NCBI GenBank assembly: GCA_003568945.1
Contig: BDIP01000057.1
Coordinates: forward strand, 1-35,579
DNA: 35,579 nt
Source: Kipferlia bialata
Taxonomy: Eukaryota
Direction: 5' to 3'
Position 1 is the first letter of the stretch. Each line of letters begins with the position of its first letter. Below the pieces are notes generated by a model. It ran no database searches, had not been told where the DNA came from, and worked only from the letters and a program-made list of their open reading frames with translations. The translations under genes and the position numbers were made by a program. Positions 11,070 to 20,423 of this stretch are shown in pieces.

Positions 11070-14000
11070 AGACTCTCTGTCTATACATATACTATAACAT
11101 ATCTTACCTGTCTCTCTCTCTGTTGTAGGGCGAGCAGTGCCTGTCTCTCCCGTGTCTCTCTCTCTCTCTCTTCTCTCTAGACTCTATATCTATATACACT
11201 ATTATATATCCTACCTGTCTCTCTCTCTGCTGCAGTGCTAGCAGTGCCTGTCTCTCCCGTGTCTCTCTCTCCCGCCTCTCTCTCTCTAGTCTGGCTCTGT
11301 TGTGCACAGCTGAGAGCTTGCCCTGACTCCTATGATTAGATGCGTTAGAGTGTATATACATATATGATGTATGAATTGCATTTATGTCTATATGTATTAG
11401 CCTGGCTCTGTTGTGCACAGCTGAGAGCTTCCGCTGACTCCTGAGGTTAGATGCAATAGAGTATATGTATATAGTCGCCGCTCTCTCTCTCTCTATATAT
11501 ATATATAATATCTCCATGACTTCATTATAGTAGCACTGTTACCTTACGTAACCCTTGCCCTCATGTCTCCGGACTCTCTCTCTCTGTGCCTGGGCTGCTC
11601 TATCAGCCTCAGTCTGCACTGCCTTCTCTCTCTCTCTCTCTCCTTGTGTGGAGGAAGAGGCCTCTGTGGCCTCCCTCCCTCTCTCATCTCTCTGTTCTCT
11701 CTTTCGCTGCTCTCTCTGCTGACGTTCTACCTCCCTCTGTCTCTCAGCCTCCTTCTCCGATCTCTCTTTCTGTCTGCGTATCTCCTGCTCCTGCTTCTCC
11801 CTTGCAACCCTCTCCCGTCGCTCCTTGGCTACCTAACTAGTGAGACTGATGACTAGTCCCACGTAGAGTCCACAATGATATTCATACTCGGAGAAGGTAG
11901 TGATTGAACAGTCAACCATAAGGTGAGATACACTAAATGAACTCTCGTACCTCGGCCTCTCTCTCCCTCGCTGCTGCCTCCTCTCTCTCCCACCGCTCCC
12001 TGTTCTCCCTCTCTCTGGCCTGGGCATAAGGGTTGAGAATAATAACCAGCTGATAGTGAAGCCGATAGATCTATACAAATTCTATGTATTGTGATCTATA
12101 GACTACATTTCATATACCACATACCTCTCTCTGTTCCTATGTCTCATTGTTGTACTACTTGTCTAGCCTAGACTCTAGGCTATATATGTACAAATTGAAT
12201 AATACAATAGATATATCTATATATATACAGTATATTACAATTAATGTGGATATATTATGTATATGTACATACCTCTCTCTGCTCCCGTGTCTCATCATTG
12301 TTCTGATTGACCTTGGCTCTGGCCCTGGCAGCAGCAGCCTCTGCCTCTCTCTTGACCTAGGGGTGAGAGTGGGTTACTCGTTATAACAACTTGTTATTAT
12401 CGCACTCCTTATAAACGAGTGATTACATATGTGTGGTGAGAGTGTAAGGACATACTATCAACTATTATAAGAATACATGGGTTGTGCTATTCCTAGCTCC
12501 CTCTTGACCTAGATGTGAGTGTGTATATTGACGACCGTATAGAACTAATGCCCCGGTAATAACCTTGCGTGTACCAACATACACATAGTACACATACACA
12601 AATGTATAATACCACATGGAGACTGGTACACAATATATAAACATATACAACATGTCATTCTACAAAAGAGAGGATTAGAGAATGCATGGACCCCACTGTA
12701 GCATCCCAGGCCCTCCTAGCGGCCTCCTCTCTCTTCTTCTGTGCCCGTATAGAGCCATATACAGAGACTTAGATTGTGGCATTCTATGCTAGAGAGATTG
12801 CATGTGTGTATAGTACCTTGGCGTCCCAGGCCCTCCTTGCAGCCTCCTCTCTCTTCTTCCGTGCTGCTTCCTTGGCCTTCCTCTCAGCAGAAGTCTCTCT
12901 CTTGGTTTCTCTCTTAGTCTCTCTCTGAGGTTGTGGCTTAGAGGCCTTAGCCTGACATAAGTATGATAGATACATAGAGTTGTTGACAAGCATCGGGGTT
13001 AGGTATACTAGCAGTGGTGAGATATATGCTTTGGGTGGGTATGAGTTGGAGGTATAAATGTCCGATACCTTCGCATTGCCAGTAGTGTGTGGTCTAGTCC
13101 CCTTAGCACCCTTAGTCCCTCCACTGATGCACTTGCAGTACTTGTCATAGGCTGCCCTCTCATCTGCATCACTCAGGGTCTCATAGGCACACTGTAATAA
13201 GTATACAGTCATTTACACTCATACATATCTATATACACAAGTATATCATATATCATATACTATATGTACATGTCCTCTCATCTGCATCACTCAGGGTCTC
13301 ATAAGCAGCCTTAGGATATATATATATGTATATGTACATGTCCTCTCATCTGCATCACTCAGGGTGTCATAAGCGGCCTTGAGTTAGTGTACACACAAAC
13401 AAGTATACATATATCGTTGTTTGCAAGAGATCACAAGTTGCTGGGTACTGTATGTACCTTGAGACGCTTGAAGACCTCATATACCTCAAAAGATACAAAA
13501 ATACCTCCTATAATGGTCACAATACAAAGGTGCAAGAGACCACTGTAATAATTGATACCTTGAGACGCTTGAAGACCTCTGTGGCCTCCTCTGATCTGTC
13601 CAGATTGCGGTCTGAAAAGTGAGCGAGAGAACAAGATACAATTTCTTTTACAATCAGGTTATAGAACATCTAACACTAGATAGCTGTCTGACCAGTGAGA
13701 GATGGTGCAGAGGATGACGCGAGGACAAAGATATATACATTACTATTATATAGTCTATAGTCTATAATCAATGGTCTACACTTATACTCACCAGAGTGCC
13801 ACTCCAGGGCCATCCTACGATAGTACGTGCATACGAATTGTATATAGCACATACAGTACATGTAGAAGGTATTACTATGTAGTGTAACAGTATGTAGTAT
13901 GTACTCACCAGGGTGCCACTCTAGTGCCAGCTTCCTGATCTACCATGATACCATGGTATATAGTGATATATATATATAGTGCTCTATAGTCTACTATATT

Positions 14001-16617
14001 ATATATATATACATTATATACATTATATATATACTATATATATATATAATATATATATCATATATGTAATATGAGTACATACTCACCAGGGTGCCACTCC
14101 AGGGCCAACTTGCGGTATGCCTTCTTGATCTCAGACACAGTGGCAGAGGGGGTAACGCCAAGGCTCTGGGGTTGGAATACGATACATATAGTATTGGTAC
14201 AGTACGCCGTCTTGATCTGAGGGACAGTGGCAGAGGGGGATTCATATACTATTAGAGTCAATATATTAGTGTAACCATACATGAATACATACACATAGAT
14301 ATTCGTATTGAAGATAGTATTCAGTGGCAGAGATAGACTACCTCAGGTAGTGACACCAAATGTGAAAGGATTAGGCAGTGCTATATAATTGCTATAATGG
14401 CAATTGTGCTTGATACTATACTAATGTAGTACACTATACGATTCAATTCTCAGGGACAGTGGCAGAGGGACGCCAGGACTCTGATGGTAAACTATGGTAT
14501 ATGGTATATGGTATACACATACCTTATAGTAGTACTCTTGACACGAACTAGACTTGGTGGCCAATGAATGATACTTGGCAAATACACAATAATTCACATA
14601 CCTATCAATATGTATATATATGTGTATCTTACCTTATAGTAGTCCTCTTGACACGAACTATACTTGGTGGCCCTGGCCCTAGCATTGGCGTTCTCCCTCT
14701 TCCGTCTCTGCCTCTCCTCCTCATCAGCGACATCTCTCTTCTCTCTCTCTCTCTTCTCTTGCTCCTTCCTCTCCTTCTCTCTCTGCTTCTTCTTCTGCCT
14801 CATCTCATTGGCCACTCTCTCCCTCTCTCTTGCATTCTCCTGCGCCACTCGCTCTCTCTCCCTCTGGCGCCTGGCCTCGTTGGCCCCGCTGCTCTCTCTC
14901 TCCCTCTCTAGCTGACGCGTGAGTGATTGCACTTGTCTCTCTGCTTTAACACGTGCCTCTCGCTCAGTCTCAGCCAAGCCTGATAGTTTGGCGCACTCCA
15001 CCTCTAGTCTCTCTCTGAGTCTCTCGTACTGCCGGGTCTTGTCGTCTCTGTTACGCTCAGCCTTCTCCCTGGCCTCCCTCTCCAGCTCTCTCTCCCCAAT
15101 GAGCACGGCAACCTGTATTGGTAAGTGTCCTTGATATATCCCCTAATATCAATATGTATATGGAATAGCCATGCAATATTACAATTACTCCTATGCACCC
15201 ACCTGTCTCAGCAGCTCAGTCTCGCCCAGACTGTCGGTCTTGTCCCCATCCATCTCATAATCCCTCTCTCCCTCTCCGTCTATCTCTCCCTTCTCTACTA
15301 CATCACCGGTATGACCAGCTGTCTCTGCACTCTCAGAATCTGGAGCATGTAGAGTGACAGATGGTGTCTCGGCAGGAGTGCTCTTGGCGCTCAGTTGGGC
15401 CTCAAGTTCCTATACGTAAGAGTATATATATGTGCAATAGTGTACCCGTTAACACACTGTCACCGACAGACTAATCCTACCACGTACTAGATCTATATGG
15501 CAACCATAAAGGAAATAATATGTGTATGTGGAAAACGGTTTGGGCCTCCAGTTCCTATGGATAGGTGAATGAATACTGGTAGAGGTATAGATCTAGGCAG
15601 TAACCCACCTGTATCCTGGCATGTAGTGACGTGTTCTCTGTCAGAACTGAGTTCAGTGACTGCCTAGAACGTTAGTCAAACGGTATTCATTGGAACAAGT
15701 GATAAGATACTATATACTCACACTATACATTGTAGTATATATTCACCTCATCGTTTCCTTCTCCTGTCTCTCGCTGTCCCTCTCCTTGCTGTATAGGGTG
15801 GCCTTCTCCTTGAGGGACTCGATAGTCATCCTGATGTCAGTGCATATGGTTTATGGTATATATATATATATATGTATATATATATCATTATACATATAAT
15901 ATAAACATATGATAACAATAGGGTAGTCTTCTCCTTGAGTGATAGTTATCCTGCAGTGTCATGTACACATTTTGTACATACACCATATAAGTAGTCTATA
16001 CGAGTATATCACATGTGCATACCTGCAGTACTTGCTCATCACACCCCTCTGCACAGTGGAGATATACATGTATACATATACACATGCATATATCACATAG
16101 GTATTCTATGGGAGTTTGGGTTATATACCAAGTGCATACCTGCAGTACTTGCTCATCACACCCCGCTGCACAGTGGAGATACGGCGCTGGGGTAAGTAGT
16201 GAGTCTCAATACTATTTATCTCTTTCTCTCAATTTGAAAGCAAAAGAATATGTGCATTGACACCTCGAAGAATGGATAGCGGAGGCTAAAACTTGTATAC
16301 GAGGTATAGAAGATTGGTCTGAAGTGGGTCTAGATTTCTATATATCACCTTAGCTGCTGCCAACTGTGATGCCAGTGCCATTGCCTGACTCTGTGCTGTG
16401 TCTCTCTCCTCCCTCAGGGTCTGGATCAGTTCAGCTGCCCTCTCCTGTTGTGAGGATATATATAGAGGGTATAGATACTCACTGTCTCTCTCTCTGTATA
16501 TATATCGATATATATTGGTTTCTCATGGGTCGGGATGAGTTGGGCAGTCCTCTTCTGCAGTTAGAGATTCAGAAGATACACGCTACATGCTGCCCCCTGC
16601 TACCACCCCAGCACTTT

Positions 16618-16650
<33 letters not shown>

Positions 16651-16703
16651 TGTACAAGTATATATATATGAATCTTTGTCGTACCTCCTCTCCCTCTCTG
16701 CCA

Positions 16704-16736
<33 letters not shown>

Positions 16737-16942
16737 CATGAATCTTTGTCATACCTGCTCTCCCTCCCGGCCCCTCTGCTCCTCAGAGAGATGGCGCTGG
16801 GGTTAGAAGGATCACTTCAGAGAGACAAGAATGACAGAAACTAGGGTATGCATTAGATTGAAAGAGCTCGAGGTGTTCTGATCGTTGTACTATACCTGTG
16901 TGTCCTCCAACCTGGCAGCTTGTCTCTACTGCTTGTCTCTAT

Positions 16943-16973
<31 letters not shown>

Positions 16974-19650
16974 TCATTAGATGGGTATATATATACATAC
17001 ACTATACCTGAGCGTCCTCCAGCCTGGCATTGAGGCTGGCTATCTGTAGGGTGGCACGGTGGAAGGCCTGGGATAAGATATTCGTGGACTCAATGGATCT
17101 AAGTATATGAATATGTCTATAACAATCATATACTGAGTTACCAGTTGGCTATCTGAAGGGTGGCACGGTGGAAGGCCTACGAGTACATCATACCTCCTGA
17201 CAGCACCTCAGGGAGGTGTAATCCGTACGGTGATTGGTGCCAGCTGATGCTGGGCTAGGTGCTTCTGGATCCGAGGCGTCTGGCTCTGAAGCGCCGAACG
17301 GTGTACGGTTGACGGTGTACGTTGCTGGCTCCGAGGCGTCTGAGTCTGTGTCCAAGTCCATATCCACTGGGTTTTCATTGAACACATCACTCTCTCTCCC
17401 CCCCTCTCTCTCCCTCTCTCTCTCCCTCTCTCCACCTTCCTCTGCTTCTCTCTGTGTTGAGGTCTGGTCACCCAAGTCGGAGGACTCACTGAACCCATCA
17501 CTGTACTCTCTCTCTGTGTCCTGCTCTCTCTCCCCCTCTGTTGACTTGTCACCTTTCTCTCTCTCTCCATCTGCTCTCTCTCTTGACATGTCATCGGAAC
17601 CATCACAGTCCCAGTACCACCTGTCCCCACCACTCTCTCCCTCTCCCTCTCCCTTTGCATCCGGCTCTCTGTCTCCCTCTCCATCTATGCCATCAAGCTC
17701 AGAGCCTTCACTATCACTAGCTGGCTCCACCTCTCCCTCTCTCTCTCCCTCTGTCTCTGCTACTCTGAGTGGGACACCCTCACCACTAGGGGTTGTGACC
17801 CTAGAGCCTATGCTAGAGTCAGGGTCAGTTGTCACCCACACAGCCTCTGCTACCCGCTCATGCACAGAGGACGTAGCAGTATCAGCACCAGTTTCATGAT
17901 CTGCAAAGGTGCACTCATGGACAGAAGACGCAGACACACTCTCTAAGGGAGTCTCTACTAGAGTCTCTTCCTCGCCTTCCCGGTCTCCATCTCCTAGTAT
18001 CTCACTCTCCAGTTCCTCTGTGGTCTCAGACCCTGCACCAGAGAACTCCTCTCCCTCTCCCTTTTCATCTCTCTGTGACCATCTCCCCGCCATAGGGAGA
18101 TAGGTATCAGTATAACTACCACCCACACTCTGGGCCTGGGCTGTATCCTCTCCCTCTCTCTCCCCCCCTCTCTCTTCCCCTCCCTCTGCCCATCTCCACT
18201 CCCCATAGAGTGAGGGAGTATGAGTACGAGTACTAGCACCACTCACACTCTGGGTATGTGCTGTATAGGCAGCATAGCCAAAGCTCTCTGTGTCCCTCTC
18301 TCCCTGTCCTACTTCCCGTCTATCTACCTCTCCTACCCCTACAGTTGGGGTGTATACCTCATATGTATACAGAGGATACACCTTAGGCCAGGGATCCTTC
18401 TCTCCCCCTTCTCCTCCCTCTTCTATCCTAGTGCGAGTACCTACAGTACCAATAGTCTGAAGACTCACATTCTCCTCTCTCCCTCCCTCCCCCACTGCCA
18501 TAGGCCTCTTGCCCTCCCCATGTCTCTCGCCCTCCCACTGCTTAGGTCTCTCCCTCTCTCCTCCCATGCCCCCTTCTACCTCTGGTGGCTCTAGAGGCCT
18601 GTCGAATCCCCTGCGGCTATAGAGTCTCGGTCCAGTGCTGGGTCTCTGGGTGGTACTGGGAACGGTGTGCGGTGTACCGGGTACAGCGACGTTGGGTAAC
18701 GTGTAGAGACGTGAAATGGGTGTACCCAGAGAAGACCCTCCAAGGTGGTAGTAGGGATAGACTGGAAAGGCTAGAGGAGGCTCAGGTGCCTAGAGAGTCA
18801 GAATATATAGATAGTATGTATTAATATAGTATATATATATATATATATAGTATAACTATGACTCTCAATGTTCCGTGCACTATAAATAGATATACACATA
18901 TACATATATATATATATGTGTGTGGGTATTGATATGTATATATATATATGCATACCCTGGGTGGCTCAGGCACAGACTCAAGCATTTAGTATATAACACA
19001 CCCACCCACTATTCATAGTGTATTATCCTTATATAGATGTATATATGCAGTATATATACCTTGGGTGGTGGTTCAGGCGCATACTCCAGCATCTAGTATG
19101 AACCGTACCCACACTATTCAATGAATAGTATTCGTGGTGTCCACTATGAATAGTATTCATAGCGTATTATACATATGTATATACAGTACACATATACCTT
19201 GGGAGGTGGTTCAGGCACAGACTCCAGCAGGGCAGCCACTAGCTCTGTGAATCTGGCTGTTAGACTAGTATGATCCTGAAAAATAGACAGATAGATACAT
19301 GTATATTGCACACACTCTATAGTAAGGTAGATAACATTATACATGCATAGTATATAATGTGAATATGTCTTGCTTCTCTGGGTCCACCTTCCTCACCCAG
19401 TACCCTCTCTCTATACACACACATATATATGTGTATATGTATACATTCATCTATATACCGTACCTCTCTGGGTCCACTTTCCTCACCCAGTCTGCGAGGC
19501 CCTGGGCCATCTGGGACTGGGTCTAGGGGTAAGAATGGGTATATATATACACATACATCAAATAGATACTATTTGTATACGATAAGTATTATGTAGTATC
19601 TGTCAGTCTGAGAGGCACTGTGCCGTCTGGGACTTCTGTATGCTGGGGGG
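10781..19650 (-). repeat. Partial exon copies (echoes) throughout gene 2 introns and just past its stop codon
   Basis: Examples: 10781-10800 and 10826-10870 (terminal codons + TAA); 11104-11180; 11398-11455; 12121-12152; 12495-12513; 12700-12745; 13273-13315; 13340-13385; 13455-13480; 13786-13823; 13903-13936; 14202-14240; 14449-14484; 14521-14563; 15541-15558; 15918-15953; 16015-16062; 16671-16702; 16893-16917; 17146-17179; 18953-18984; 19058-19092; 19374-19401; ~19606-19637. Polarity matches gene 1 relative to the transcribed strand. Confidence 0.93.
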
Positions 19651-20070
19651 TGACAGAGAGGAGAGGGTGTATACGGTAATCTATACCATGTACTGTATAT
19701 ACGTATGGGGTGAATATGTGTACCCCTTCTGCTATCAGTATAATCTTGTGCTACGTAGTGAGGAAGAGAGAGTATACCCAGAAACACATTACACTAAGAA
19801 TAGCACACACATGGGAGAGAGGGAGGGAGTATATGGATCTACGTTTGAGTATGAGGGGGGGGGAAATGTGTGTGGTGTTAGAGGGGATAGAGGGAGGGAG
19901 GAGGTGTTGGAGGGCAGTAATTAATACAGTATAGTATGCAGAAGTTTGGTATGATGTGGGAGGGGGGAGGGGTATTCAAAGTACATCACATACCTCATAA
20001 CCATCTGGAATGATTCCGAACTGTGGTAGTCCCTGAGCCATGTCATACACAAATACCAGGTGGGTATGGT
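10906..20070 (-). CDS. Gene 2: large (~1300 aa) coiled-coil/low-complexity protein with an internal DnaJ (J) domain; true 5' end not identified
   Basis: Minus-strand exon chain with consistent phases: 20070-19994, 19522-19464, 19264-19198, 18789-17194, 17067-17008, 16796-16755, 16444-16349, 16186-16140, 15830-15747, 15663-15609, 15409-15203, 15112-14633, 14165-14087, 13611-13559, 13191-13069, 12951-12817, 12356-12273, 12019-11951, 11832-11543, 11329-11215, 11001-10906 (…SQDWTQWDLD TAA). It includes ORF-track segments 17188-18567, 14594-15106 and 12784-13212. Confidence 0.85.
13144..14647 (-). other. J-domain of gene 2, split over four exons
   Basis: Spliced sequence EDYYK|SLGVTPSATVSEIKKAYRKLALEWHP|DRNLDRSEEATEVFKRLK|CAYETLSDADERAAYD matches the canonical J-domain pattern (DYY..LGV...A...EIKKAYRKLA...HPD…F..I..AYE.LSD...R..YD). 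The Asp codon of HPD is split by an intron. Confidence 0.95.
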
Positions 20071-20099
20071 CTGGAATGAGTATTGTATAATATACTTAC

Positions 20100-20423
20100 A
20101 TAGAGGTATATATATATGAAGAGAGAGAGGACCCCACTCGTACAGATGCACAAGGTGGGTATGGTCTGGAATCAGGACAAACTAAAATACTTACACAGAT
20201 GTATATAATATGTATATGAAGAGAGAGAGGGGACCCCACTCGTACAGATGCACAAGGTGGGTATGGTCTGGAGTGAAATAGTTCAGTCTACTGCAGGAGA
20301 GAGAGGGGGGTGGGACAACTACTCTTACATGTCATACATATACATAAGGTGGGTATGGTCTGGAATGAGTACTGTATAAAGAGAGAGAGAGAGAGGGGGG
20401 GGGGGGGGCAACCACTCATACAG
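20100..20423. repeat. Tandem ~95-100 bp unit (3 copies plus a partial one) between genes 2 and 3
   Basis: The unit is GAGAGAGAGG(G)n-ACCCCACTCGTACAG-ATGCAC-AAGGTGGGTATGGTCTGGA, at ~20121, ~20221 and ~20297. A fourth unit at ~20381 runs into the gene 3 exon. Confidence 0.9.

Noticed and set aside
16515..16618. Complex-sequence island inside a gene 2 intron as an extra exon
   Set aside because: The flanking exons already join in phase and I could not assign convincing splice sites. It is left unannotated.
168..19650. Classical mutually exclusive exon clusters (Dscam-like)
   Set aside because: Nearly all copies lack one of the two splice sites and half of the exon, and some carry indels or a stop. 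Only two form complete cassettes, reported separately.
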